Part shown: positions 28,557 to 38,104 of the stretch, one piece after another | Position numbering within the stretch: position 1 is the stretch's first letter | Layout: every line of letters starts with the position of its first letter | IMG/VR virus record: IMGVR_UViG_3300032213_001637 | Location: 45,022-109,021 of that record | Direction: 5' to 3' (one strand) | From: a virus | Length of the DNA: 64,000 nucleotides | Translations under genes and position numbers: made by a program | The notes under the pieces: model-generated | The model's database searches: none | Told to the model about the DNA's origin: nothing | Seen by the model: only the letters and a program-made list of their open reading frames with translations

Positions 28557-28772
28557 TTAACGTTTATTGCCACTAGAACCACTAGAACCACTTGATCCTG
28601 TAGGCTTTGGTGTTCCGGTTGGCTTTGGCTTAGAACCACTTGATCCGCCGGAACCACTGGATCCACTGGATCCACTTGATCCTGTAGGCTTTGGTGTTCC
28701 AGTTGGCGTTGGCTTAGAACCGTTAGTTCCGGCTGTACCACTTGGTGTTGGCGTTGGTGTTGGATTTGACAT
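28557..28772 (-). CDS. 71 aa low-complexity Pro/Thr/Gly/Ser microprotein
   Basis: SD-like AAGGA upstream and a terminator downstream; reads MSNPTPTPTPSG..KPTGSSGSSGSSG with the latter unit repeated. Confidence 0.65.
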   Translation of the reverse strand: MSNPTPTPTPSGTAGTNGSKPTPTGTPKPTGSSGSSGSSGSGGSSGSKPKPTGTPKPTGSSGSSGSSGNKR

Positions 28773-28812
28773 AATTTATTCCTTTATTTTATTTTATTTT
28801 GAACCGTGGTGT

Positions 28813-29871
28813 TTATAGTTTAAAACCAGCGAAAACATTTTCGTTGATTGTATTATCTACACCTTTTACATAACTGCTCAATTCAGTTTCTTGAGGAGCA
28901 ACTTGTAACTTTTTACTGTCGTAAAAACTATCCAACCATCCCGATAGAGGATTGTTTTTGGCGTTAGGATAAATCTTCTTGTATCCCAAACTTGAAAGTC
29001 GGTTATTAGCCAACCATTCAACATAATGTTTGAGACTTTCAGAAGTCAATCCCACCAAATTGCCTTTACTGAACAAATAATCGGCCCAATCCTTTTCAGC
29101 ATTGACTGCCATTTCATAGGCAGCATAAACCTTGTCTTCGTTCTTCTTGACAATATCTTGAAATCCTTCATCTGGATTATTCATCCAATTCTTCATGATA
29201 TTCTGAGTAATCGCCACATGAAGGTTTTCATCACGACTAATAAACTTGATAATCTTTGAGTTACCTTCCATCTTTCCACGGTAACCAAAGTAAAAACTAC
29301 ATGCAAAACTTACATAAAAGACCAGTCCCTCTGTGATCTGTGTGGCCAAAACGGCATCATACAATCGTTGACGTTCATCTTTACCACCGGTCAAAAGTTC
29401 ATCGTACTTTTGTGATATTTCAGTTGCACGTTTTACAATTTCTGGATCTTCCAAAACACTATTAAAAAACTTAGTAGAGTCAGGATAGACGTTATTCAGA
29501 ATATATGTATAACTGTTGCTGTGAATCGTTTCAAAAAACGACCACGTATTCATACAAATCTCCAATTCGGGATTTGTAACGTATTTCATCAATTCATGAA
29601 TACTTCGACTCAACATCGAATCAGTCATCGTTTGAAACTTAAGGTTGTTATCAAACACAAATCGTTCTTCGTCTGATAAACTCTTGTAATCACTGATATC
29701 TTTTACCAACGAAACTTCTTGGGGTCTCCAAAAAAAGTTAAGTTGTTGATCGTAAAGATCATAAAACTTCTGATATTTGATTTGATCATATCGTTGAAGA
29801 GACAAATCTTCACCAAAGAACATTGGGTTCGACAACTGATCAATATTTTTCTTGTTTAGTACAGTTTTCAT
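28813..29871 (-). CDS. nrdB: Class Ia ribonucleotide reductase beta subunit
   Basis: FFWRPQEV, ETIHSNSY, EGLVFYVSFACSF, ISRDENLH, QVAPQETE..SY. Confidence 0.97.
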   Translation of the reverse strand: MKTVLNKKNIDQLSNPMFFGEDLSLQRYDQIKYQKFYDLYDQQLNFFWRPQEVSLVKDISDYKSLSDEERFVFDNNLKFQTMTDSMLSRSIHELMKYVTNPELEICMNTWSFFETIHSNSYTYILNNVYPDSTKFFNSVLEDPEIVKRATEISQKYDELLTGGKDERQRLYDAVLATQITEGLVFYVSFACSFYFGYRGKMEGNSKIIKFISRDENLHVAITQNIMKNWMNNPDEGFQDIVKKNEDKVYAAYEMAVNAEKDWADYLFSKGNLVGLTSESLKHYVEWLANNRLSSLGYKKIYPNAKNNPLSGWLDSFYDSKKLQVAPQETELSSYVKGVDNTINENVFAGFKL

Positions 29872-29883
29872 AGTTTTATTATT

Positions 29884-32181
29884 TTACATTGCACATGCAC
29901 CGCTAACACACCCAAACTGTTCTTCTTCAATCTTCGGTTCATCCTTAACAGTTTCTTTAACATCCGACATTGCAGTTTGCTTATCACCGTCATCGGTATT
30001 GGCATAATACAGATTCTTAAGTCCATACTTATATGCCAACATCATATCCATAATTACATCCTGTACAGGAACCTTATTCTGAGGATAACGTGATGGAACA
30101 TAATAAGTGTTGGTACTAATACTCATGTCTGTGAACTTCTGAATAGCAGCAGCTACTCTAAGGTACCCAGTATTGTCCGGCATGTCAAACGCAAAGGTGT
30201 AATCATCCTTGTATTTTTCCACACCGGGAACAACCACCGGGAGAATATTAGTCTTGCTACCCTTGTGACTAATCAAACTACGTGGAGGTTCAATTCCATT
30301 GGTACTACTCTGAATAACACTGCTGGATTCAACAGGCATACAAGCAGTCAACGTACTATGACGCATTCCATGTGTCTTGATCTTTTCACGAAGAACCTCC
30401 CAATCCATATTAAGAGGTTCAGTAACAAACGTATCAATATCTTTCTTATAAGTATCGATAGGCAAAATACCTTGACTAAACTTTGTTCGATTAAACTTCT
30501 CACACGGACCAAACTCTTTTGCCATTTCAACGCTGGCGTCGATAAGATAATAACTCATCTTCTCCATCCAACGTGCAGCAATGTTTGGTGCATCATTATC
30601 CCAATACTTAACTCCCGATCTCGCAAGAACCGCTGCCAAGTTGGTAACACCAACTCCAAGACTACGACGTTTCTTAGCAAAATTCTCAGCGGCAGGAACG
30701 AAATAATTCTGATGTTCAATCAACGAATCAAGCATTCGAACAATAACGTCACAAACACTCTTCATTTCGTCGTCTGAAGAAATCTCCAACCAATTAACCG
30801 CTGCTAAAATACACACTCCAATCTCACCGTTCGTATCGTTAACATCTTCAATTGGAATCAAAGGATGATTCACCTCAAGGCAAAGATTGCTTGTATCTAC
30901 TTGATCCAGCCAACTGCCATGTTCATTAGCATGATCAACAAACATTGTATAGATACGACCGGTTTCAATACGTTCTTTTGCCAAGACCATCAACAAATCA
31001 CGTGCCTTGATCTTCTTCTTGAACTTGATGTTCTTGTTAGCTTCTGCCATTTCGTACTTTTCCTTGAAATCATCATAACCAAATCGATTCCAAAGACTCG
31101 GACACTCATGATAACTGAACAATGTAATATCCTTGTTCTCCATGAATCGTTCAAAGATCAACTTATCAAGACCAATACAATAATCCAACTTACGAACACG
31201 GTTATCATCAGTTCCAGCGTTATTCTTCAACACCAAAATGTCCATAATGTCATAATGGAACCACGCAAAGTTAACTGTGGCACTTCCACCACGAATACCA
31301 TTTTGGTGACAACTCTTGACAGTTGACTCAAATGCCTTGGCAAATGGGATTGGACCGGTGTGAATCACTTCACCGTTACGAATTGGTGCGTTTGTAGCAC
31401 GTAGACGTGACAAATTGAGACCAATACCATAACGACTTGCGGTTGCGTATCCAACAGCGCTATTGTTACTGAAAATACTCTTGAGAGTATCATCAACAGA
31501 AAACAACGAACATGAAGCGTAACTCTTCATGACAGATCGAACACCCGCCATAATTGGTGTGGGTAGATTGATCTTGTGTTTGCTGAAATAGTTGTATGCC
31601 TTCTTGACATATTCCAGACGATTCTCCTTGTAGTTCTTGAAGAACGTCATGGCAATCAACATATATGCAAACTGAGGAGTCTCATAGATCTCTTTAGTAC
31701 TACGATTTTGAATCAAGTACTTATCGCACAACTGTTTAATGCCAGCATAAGCAAAATCAAGATCCCGATCATGTTTGAGATACTCGTCCAACTTATCAAA
31801 GTCCTTCTTGGAATACCATTCCAAGATATCACCGTCATAAACAAACTTTTCGATGTTTGTCTTAACGAGATCATACAACTTTGGTGGATTTTTGCCACCC
31901 CAAACACGTTTACGAAGTTGATAATTCAACAAACGTGATGCAACGTATTGATAATTTGGCTTTTCAATACTAATTTGTTGTGCAGCCGCTTCAATCAACG
32001 AAACATGAATGTTATCAGAAGTCATTCCATCGAAGAATGACAAATGTGCATTCATTGCAACTTCTTCAAACGAAACGTTTTTGATACCTTCAGTTGACCA
32101 CTGTAGAACCTGATTGATTTTATCCGCATTGAATTTCTCCAATGCGCCACCTCTTTTTTTAATAAAGATTTCTTTGTTCAT
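29884..32181 (-). CDS. nrdA: Class Ia ribonucleotide reductase alpha subunit with ATP cone
   Basis: IKKRGG..EKFN..KI, ETPQ, PTP, ASC, SNLCLE, MPVESSS, KNLYY, C-terminal CVSGAC. Confidence 0.97.
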   Translation of the reverse strand: MNKEIFIKKRGGALEKFNADKINQVLQWSTEGIKNVSFEEVAMNAHLSFFDGMTSDNIHVSLIEAAAQQISIEKPNYQYVASRLLNYQLRKRVWGGKNPPKLYDLVKTNIEKFVYDGDILEWYSKKDFDKLDEYLKHDRDLDFAYAGIKQLCDKYLIQNRSTKEIYETPQFAYMLIAMTFFKNYKENRLEYVKKAYNYFSKHKINLPTPIMAGVRSVMKSYASCSLFSVDDTLKSIFSNNSAVGYATASRYGIGLNLSRLRATNAPIRNGEVIHTGPIPFAKAFESTVKSCHQNGIRGGSATVNFAWFHYDIMDILVLKNNAGTDDNRVRKLDYCIGLDKLIFERFMENKDITLFSYHECPSLWNRFGYDDFKEKYEMAEANKNIKFKKKIKARDLLMVLAKERIETGRIYTMFVDHANEHGSWLDQVDTSNLCLEVNHPLIPIEDVNDTNGEIGVCILAAVNWLEISSDDEMKSVCDVIVRMLDSLIEHQNYFVPAAENFAKKRRSLGVGVTNLAAVLARSGVKYWDNDAPNIAARWMEKMSYYLIDASVEMAKEFGPCEKFNRTKFSQGILPIDTYKKDIDTFVTEPLNMDWEVLREKIKTHGMRHSTLTACMPVESSSVIQSSTNGIEPPRSLISHKGSKTNILPVVVPGVEKYKDDYTFAFDMPDNTGYLRVAAAIQKFTDMSISTNTYYVPSRYPQNKVPVQDVIMDMMLAYKYGLKNLYYANTDDGDKQTAMSDVKETVKDEPKIEEEQFGCVSGACAM

Positions 32182-32277
32182 ATTGACAAAAATAACTATG
32201 ATTTTGTATTTTCAAATACCCTCAGTTGATATTCATTTTGATAAATTTTTTTGACGTTTTTTGATCGTAACATACTA

Positions 32278-33660
32278 TCAGTCTTTGTCATCTTCTATGT
32301 GAGCATTCCACTTATTGCTAAGTGCCTTCTTCACAAGATTCTCACTGTCACCCATTTCATTGATAACTGACATACCATCCTTGGAGTTTTCAGCATAAAT
32401 CTGAATATCACCACATCCGGCATTCATTCGACTCGGAAATGTCATACCATCGGGACCAAAACGGTTCTTGATGATATGAAACCGTGCAGTATTCGATACT
32501 TTATCGGTAACTTTACGGCTCAATGACATAACAAAGTCTGCCGTCATGATCTTTCGATACGAATCGGAGATGTTATTTGCCTGAATAATGTCTTCATCCA
32601 TAGCAGCACGGTTACTTTGTGAAGCACTCCATATAGGAACCTGAAGTTCGCCAGCAACACTACGAAGTTCTTCATAAATACCACCAGCTTCACTATAACT
32701 ATTGCTGTTACGTTCACTCTGATAAGGACGTAGAATGTCAGCATAATCGACAATAATCAAATCGATCTTACTTCCCAACATCGCAATACGTTCCGTATGC
32801 ATCTTCAAGTGATGGGCACTAACAGTTTTGATAGGAAAGTACTTGATGAACAGTTTACCGGGAACTTGTTCAATCTTCTTACGAACGATATCAATGTTAT
32901 TACGAATGTTTTGAAAGTCAATTCCGGTAAAACATGCATCATAACGAAGACCCACATAGTTTTCATTCAACTCAAGAGTAAAATGAACCACGTTCTTTCC
33001 TTGCTTCATGGCTTCAGCACCAATCTTTGCCAAAACCCAACTCTTGCCACTACCAGCACAAGCAGTGATAATTCCAAGTTCACCGCCTGCCAATCCACCA
33101 TCCATGATGGTATCTACTTCAGTCCAGTTGGTCTTAACAGTGTTACGTGCCATAACACTCATACGTTTATCAACATCAGTCATATAATCATGACCAATGT
33201 TACGTTCCATACCAGCCTTCATTGCACTGTCAACCAAAGACTTGACTTTTTCATAATTTCCAGTCTTGAGATGTTCAACACTATCAATAATAGCGTTCTT
33301 TAGCTTCTGACTCTTACAGAACTCCAAGTATTGTTCCTTGACGAACTTAAGATCACTATCAGTGATCTTTTGATATACGTTTCTTAGTTGTGAAACGATT
33401 GATTCCTTGAGTACCGAGTTTTCAATACTATCAACCTTAATCTTAAATACATTAAGGGTAGGCAAATCCTTATATTGCATAAAGTATGCAACGGTTTGCT
33501 TTACAATCCATTGATGAGCATCAGATTCAAACGATGTGGGGTCAATGATGTCCGAAAGTCTTTCCAAAAAAGACTTATCGCTGAGAATTCCTGAGATACA
33601 CTTGATCTGGAATTCTGATCCAAACTTCTTCAAATTGTCGATTACATGGTTTTCGCTCAT
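32278..33660 (-). CDS. Replicative DnaB/gp41-like helicase
   Basis: GGLAGGELG, GSGKS, FTLEL, IIVDYAD, SASQSNR, KNRFG. Confidence 0.92.
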   Translation of the reverse strand: MSENHVIDNLKKFGSEFQIKCISGILSDKSFLERLSDIIDPTSFESDAHQWIVKQTVAYFMQYKDLPTLNVFKIKVDSIENSVLKESIVSQLRNVYQKITDSDLKFVKEQYLEFCKSQKLKNAIIDSVEHLKTGNYEKVKSLVDSAMKAGMERNIGHDYMTDVDKRMSVMARNTVKTNWTEVDTIMDGGLAGGELGIITACAGSGKSWVLAKIGAEAMKQGKNVVHFTLELNENYVGLRYDACFTGIDFQNIRNNIDIVRKKIEQVPGKLFIKYFPIKTVSAHHLKMHTERIAMLGSKIDLIIVDYADILRPYQSERNSNSYSEAGGIYEELRSVAGELQVPIWSASQSNRAAMDEDIIQANNISDSYRKIMTADFVMSLSRKVTDKVSNTARFHIIKNRFGPDGMTFPSRMNAGCGDIQIYAENSKDGMSVINEMGDSENLVKKALSNKWNAHIEDDKD

Positions 33661-33694
33661 AATTAGTAATTAATATTCATCTATTACATCACCC

Positions 33695-33723
33695 AGTATA
33701 GGGTATGTATTCCGTTTAGTACA
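33695..33723 (-). promoter_or_regulatory. Sigma70-type promoter
   Basis: TGTACT-17nt-TATACT upstream of the helicase. Confidence 0.55.
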
Positions 33724-33736
33724 GTTATTTTATTTT

Positions 33737-34801
33737 TTATCTCACCAACGTGGTCAACTTACCAAAACACTCGTTGAGCCAAATTTGGTAGTTGGGGATG
33801 TTATTCCACATTTTGTCTTCTGTGACCAACTTGGAAAATCCAACTCTGTCCATCTTCTTTATTGGCATATCCAAGATTTCATTGATACGAAGTTGTGAGA
33901 AACTTTGAATCTCCGTATCCTTCAATTGCATCAACGTATAGTTACGTTCGACAATATCCTTGTTTTCAAGAATATTACGATAGAGCTTATATTTGCTCTG
34001 ATTGTTTTCACAATAAGTGTAAATCTCTTGCAGATCTACATGTCTACTTTCGGCAAAAAACGGAAAACACTTGATAATAGTTTTTAGTCCAGCGCCATTA
34101 ATTCCATCGATGTTATCTGACACATCACCCTCCAAAACTCTATACCAAATATAATTCTGACAGCTAACACCGTATTCATTTAGAATTTCAGCACAACCAT
34201 ACAGTTTCTTTTTGGTAGGACTCCATACTTTAATTTTATCACTTGCCAATTGTAGAAAATCTTTATCAGCACTCATGATACTTACATTACTATCTTTATA
34301 ATATTGTTGAGCAACATATGCAATTGTGTCATCTGCTTCAATATGATCGATTGCCATGGTTGAAATAGGCAAACAATCCAAATAGTGAACAGAACGCATT
34401 AACTGCGATTTCATATTCTTTTCTTCCAAATCACTAGTTGAAAGTTCTGAGTATGCTCTGTTTAATCGTATTTTTGTGTGTCGTTTATGTTTGTATTGTG
34501 GGTAAATCTTACGGCGTTTCATACTTCCGCCATTACCATCAAAAATAATAACACACCTAGTAGGGTTAATTAATTTGATTGCATAACCCACACTCTTTAA
34601 AAATCCGGCAATGCCACCCGTGTGAAGACCATCTTCATTCATGGATGGCATTACCGAATATGCGCGAATAAATGTATTTAGCCCGTCCACCAAGAGAATA
34701 TCCGAATTTTGACTTCGGTTAGACAAAGTATTCTTTTCTTCTTGTGAAATATTCTCAAAAATAGAGAACAACTTCTTTTTTTCCTCTTGGTTAAAACTCA
34801 T
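33737..34801 (-). CDS. 5'-3' exonuclease / flap endonuclease (PolI N-domain, T4 RNase H-like)
   Basis: LLVDGLN, IIFDG, YK..R, EADDTIA, SADKDFLQL, GDVSDNIDGINGAGLKT. Confidence 0.93.
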   Translation of the reverse strand: MSFNQEEKKKLFSIFENISQEEKNTLSNRSQNSDILLVDGLNTFIRAYSVMPSMNEDGLHTGGIAGFLKSVGYAIKLINPTRCVIIFDGNGGSMKRRKIYPQYKHKRHTKIRLNRAYSELSTSDLEEKNMKSQLMRSVHYLDCLPISTMAIDHIEADDTIAYVAQQYYKDSNVSIMSADKDFLQLASDKIKVWSPTKKKLYGCAEILNEYGVSCQNYIWYRVLEGDVSDNIDGINGAGLKTIIKCFPFFAESRHVDLQEIYTYCENNQSKYKLYRNILENKDIVERNYTLMQLKDTEIQSFSQLRINEILDMPIKKMDRVGFSKLVTEDKMWNNIPNYQIWLNECFGKLTTLVR

Positions 34802-34807
34802 ATGCTA

Positions 34808-35995
34808 TTATTCTCCGCCAACTTCTTCTGCGTCCTCGGAAGAATCAACTTCCACATCTTCTCTAATCTCACTGTCAGGTGACTTGTACTTCATGATAGT
34901 TACTTCAGAAATCTTCTGATACAACTCTTCACGAAGTTCGGCATTAACCTTTACATCCTTAGCAAATGTCTTGGTATCAATCTTAACAACTTCACCACTG
35001 TTCTTGATGTAATTGTATGGCGACTTAGCACCAGTGATAATTGAATGTTTCTTCAACACTTCAATCCAATTGCCACAATTATCAATACCACTATCAAAGT
35101 AAATATTGAAATCAGCGTATCTCATAGGCGGACCCATACGATTTTTAACAACCACCGCTCGAGTCTTAACGCCAATGTGAATAGGTTCACCATTTTGAGT
35201 AATCTTCAAAGCACCCATACCCTTCAGTCGAAGACGTACACTAGCATGATACTGAATTGCCTTACCACCACTGGTAATATACTTATCGCCAAACATCGCT
35301 GCCTGAAGGTTGACACGTAGTTGATTCGTGAAAACCAATGCAATACGTTGCTTACCAATCATGTCGTTAATCTTACGCATCGCCTTGGAAATAATGATGG
35401 CCTTTCCAGTTGCATAACCATCCTTACCGTGATCACTTTCCAACTCGGCCTTAGTAGATGCACCAGCAACACTGTCAACTATAATTGTGACAAGTCGATC
35501 TTTATTAGATTTACGAGCTTGAGAAATCAATAGTTCGATCTTTTCAAAGATGTCTTCCACTGTATTTGCGGTAACATACAACATCTTTGGAATATCAACA
35601 CCAATTGCTGTAAGAAAATCTTCAGAAACGGACTGTTCTGTATCAATAAAGATAGCAAGTCCACCCTTCTTTTGAGTTTCAGCAAGCAAATGTGCAGCCA
35701 ACAAACTCTTACCGGACGCTTCAAGTCCAGTAATTTCGATAATTCGTCCCACCGGCATACCGGCATGTGGTCGATTTGAAATTGCGAGATCCAAGATATC
35801 ACAACCTGTACTAATCCAATCCGTAATTGTAGATGGATCTTCTTTTTGATCCAAGAAAAACGCACACTTACCTGCATCTTTATTGGCCTTGTTTAACGCA
35901 TCAGCGATAGATTCAATTAGTTCATCTCTCTGTGATGTACTATCATGTGTAACATGAGTTGATACTTTTTTCTTTTTTGGTGTTTCGTCTGACAT
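34808..35995 (-). CDS. recA: RecA/UvsX recombinase
   Basis: ISTG...LD, GRIIEITGLEASGKS, FIDTE, IVDSVA, FTNQLR, SGGKA, KNRMGPP. Confidence 0.93.
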   Translation of the reverse strand: MSDETPKKKKVSTHVTHDSTSQRDELIESIADALNKANKDAGKCAFFLDQKEDPSTITDWISTGCDILDLAISNRPHAGMPVGRIIEITGLEASGKSLLAAHLLAETQKKGGLAIFIDTEQSVSEDFLTAIGVDIPKMLYVTANTVEDIFEKIELLISQARKSNKDRLVTIIVDSVAGASTKAELESDHGKDGYATGKAIIISKAMRKINDMIGKQRIALVFTNQLRVNLQAAMFGDKYITSGGKAIQYHASVRLRLKGMGALKITQNGEPIHIGVKTRAVVVKNRMGPPMRYADFNIYFDSGIDNCGNWIEVLKKHSIITGAKSPYNYIKNSGEVVKIDTKTFAKDVKVNAELREELYQKISEVTIMKYKSPDSEIREDVEVDSSEDAEEVGGE

Positions 35996-36011
35996 AACTT
36001 TTATTGAAATG

Positions 36012-36048
36012 AAAAAGGAGAGGTGGCAGTTTACCCACCACCTCTCCT
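36012..36048 (-). terminator. Rho-independent terminator after the SSB gene
   Basis: 11 bp stem AGGAGAGGTGG/CCACCTCTCCT with a T-run on the minus strand. Confidence 0.8.
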
Positions 36049-36059
36049 GTTAATGTTGT

Positions 36060-36902
36060 TTAACTATTGAACAAATTGTCAAACGCCTTGGTGAGGTCGT
36101 CTGTATTTGTCTTTGCCACACCAGCAGTAGGAGACTTACTAGTTGCCTTTGCCGGAGCAGCAGCTTGAATAGCTGCGGCAGCGGCGACTGGCTGAGTATC
36201 GTCTTCGTCAATAACCGCGTTGTTAACAGTCTCGGCTGGAGCGTTCTCCGGATTTAGCCAAGAGGTCATAACCTCCTTGAGTTCCTCATACTTGGGTTCG
36301 GGAAACAAATCAAGAATGTCAGTCTGATTCTTGATAGAATCAATCATCTTGTTATCCTTAGGATCAACTGCGGGTGTAGCGTTAGGCTTCACACGAATTG
36401 AAGTTTCAGGATAGTTCTTACCACTCTCCTCAGCGGTACGGAACTCAACAACGATATCACGTCCGGACGCGAGATCGGTAATATCACCGTAATCGGGATC
36501 GGCCATAACAGATAGAATTTCCTGATAGACCTGCTTTCCGAATCCCCAGAACTTCACACCTTCATGCTCTTCACCACGAACGATGACAGGAGCGAATGTG
36601 CGCATCTTGGGTTCCATCTTACGACCAGTCTGCCAATCTTCCTTAGAACCAGTCTTCTTGAGACGGTTGCTAAATTCGACGATAGGATCCGGACGATTAA
36701 AACTATCTGGAGACAGATAAGTCTTGTTATTGATGCCGTAATGAAACTTGAGTTCGATGAACGGAGCATCAGGTTGGAACTTATAGGGAACGATACGAAT
36801 TGTTTGCTTACCCGGCTTTGGCTTCCAAATGAGTTGGGTCTTGGAATTCGTGTTTGAAAGAGAGTTCAAACGGCTCTTAATCTTCGACAAGTCAATTGCC
36901 AT
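36060..36902 (-). CDS. Single-stranded DNA-binding protein (T4 gp32-like)
   Basis: WKP..G.Q.IRIVP, FHY, DPI.E, PVIVRG.E..GVKFWGFGK, YGDITD...GRD, acidic C-tail ending FDNLFNS. Confidence 0.85.
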   Translation of the reverse strand: MAIDLSKIKSRLNSLSNTNSKTQLIWKPKPGKQTIRIVPYKFQPDAPFIELKFHYGINNKTYLSPDSFNRPDPIVEFSNRLKKTGSKEDWQTGRKMEPKMRTFAPVIVRGEEHEGVKFWGFGKQVYQEILSVMADPDYGDITDLASGRDIVVEFRTAEESGKNYPETSIRVKPNATPAVDPKDNKMIDSIKNQTDILDLFPEPKYEELKEVMTSWLNPENAPAETVNNAVIDEDDTQPVAAAAAIQAAAPAKATSKSPTAGVAKTNTDDLTKAFDNLFNS

Positions 36903-36993
36903 AATTTTTTATTTATTAATTAATTGTTAAGTAGTAATTAGTTAAGCGTTTGCATCCACTCGGATACACACGGTTGTAACTAATTCTGGTATA

Positions 36994-37022
36994 ACTATAT
37001 CAGCGTATTCTCAAACTTTCAA
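36994..37022 (-). promoter_or_regulatory. Sigma70-type promoter for the SSB gene
   Basis: TTGAAA-17nt-TATAGT with an extended -10 TG. Confidence 0.6.
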
Positions 37023-37411
37023 CTTATTATATCGAAAATTTTGAGGGGAATTATTTTAACGGAGATCTCATTTGTTATAATCAATGAGTTATTATAATAC
37101 TCCCAATTTAACTGATAAGTTTTATCAAAAACGCCATTATTTTCCTCGGTGATGAGTTTGTTCATGGCATTTAACGTATACAAAGTATTGGTTTGTTTTT
37201 TACGATGTATAGAAATAGTATTAGGCAGCTTTTTACGAGCGAACTCACTATTTAGTATATTATATGTAAGATACAATTCGTTGTTGTTTTTCTCATTATT
37301 AAACACAAAAATTTTGTTGTTTGTTAATGTATAAAACGATTTAACTTGTTCCACTAATAGTTTATAGTCCGTTGGAACAGAAAATGTACAAAGTAATTGT
37401 GTGTCTTTCAT
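37019..37411 (-). CDS. Hypothetical phage protein
   Basis: 130 aa ORF with LLCTF, TYNI, NTISIHRKKQTNTLYTLNAMN. Confidence 0.7.
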   Translation of the reverse strand: MKDTQLLCTFSVPTDYKLLVEQVKSFYTLTNNKIFVFNNEKNNNELYLTYNILNSEFARKKLPNTISIHRKKQTNTLYTLNAMNKLITEENNGVFDKTYQLNWEYYNNSLIITNEISVKIIPLKIFDIIS

Positions 37412-38103
37412 CTAACAGATAATATTGTTGTTTTGTGGCTATTTACGTTATACCACTCACATCCAACCAATTGACCGTCAACATTATACCAACGGTTTTT
37501 ATTACGAATCCAATTGTTGGACGTTGCTTCTTCCAACGTAAATTCCATTGTTAAGATTTTTTCGATTTCCGCTGCGTCTTTTTCTTTTTGATCGGGACTT
37601 CTGGTGGCAAGATCGTCGCTTTGACTTCCGGTTTGACTTCCGGTTTGACTTCCGGCTGAACTTCCTCCTTGCATTGGGTCTTGCCCCTGAACTTGTTGAT
37701 TAGGTTGTTGAGCACCTGGCTCAATTTCGATAGGTTTTTCATTTGGTGATGTTGGTTCTTGTACTGGTTGTGCAGGAGCGTTAAAATCCAAATTGGTTTG
37801 ACCCTTTGTTGGATCTTCTTCAAAATGGGTTCTACGCTTTAGCGCACGTTGTTTATATTCCGGGTTCGGAAATGTAACCAATATACCCTTGGAGTTATAA
37901 GCTTGTCTCTCTGGGTATTTACCTTCAATAACTTTATTTGCATATTCAACAACTTCTCCTTTTGGAATTCCCATTTCAGAGAATTTTTCTCTTAGGATTT
38001 CCATGTGATCGTTGTTAAAAATATCAAATATGCCGTCGTCAACTCGTCTATCAAGACAAAGTTCAGACAACAACGCAGAAACGTTCTTATAAATCTTTTT
38101 CAT
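37408..38103 (-). CDS. Hypothetical protein (possible head-internal protein)
   Basis: N-terminal LLSEL..G..D..N..H..L helix and a Q/P/G-rich linker. Confidence 0.65.
   Translation of the reverse strand: MKKIYKNVSALLSELCLDRRVDDGIFDIFNNDHMEILREKFSEMGIPKGEVVEYANKVIEGKYPERQAYNSKGILVTFPNPEYKQRALKRRTHFEEDPTKGQTNLDFNAPAQPVQEPTSPNEKPIEIEPGAQQPNQQVQGQDPMQGGSSAGSQTGSQTGSQSDDLATRSPDQKEKDAAEIEKILTMEFTLEEATSNNWIRNKNRWYNVDGQLVGCEWYNVNSHKTTILSVR
37620..37655. repeat. 12 bp tandem repeat x3 (TTTGACTTCCGG) encoding GSQT
   Basis: Directly visible in the sequence. Confidence 0.85.
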
Positions 38104-38104
38104 G

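Noticed and set aside
28544-28818. Alternative ORFs 28544..28741 (-) and 28567..28818 (+)
   Set aside because: They are shadow frames of the low-complexity repeat. Only 28557..28772 has an ATG with an SD.
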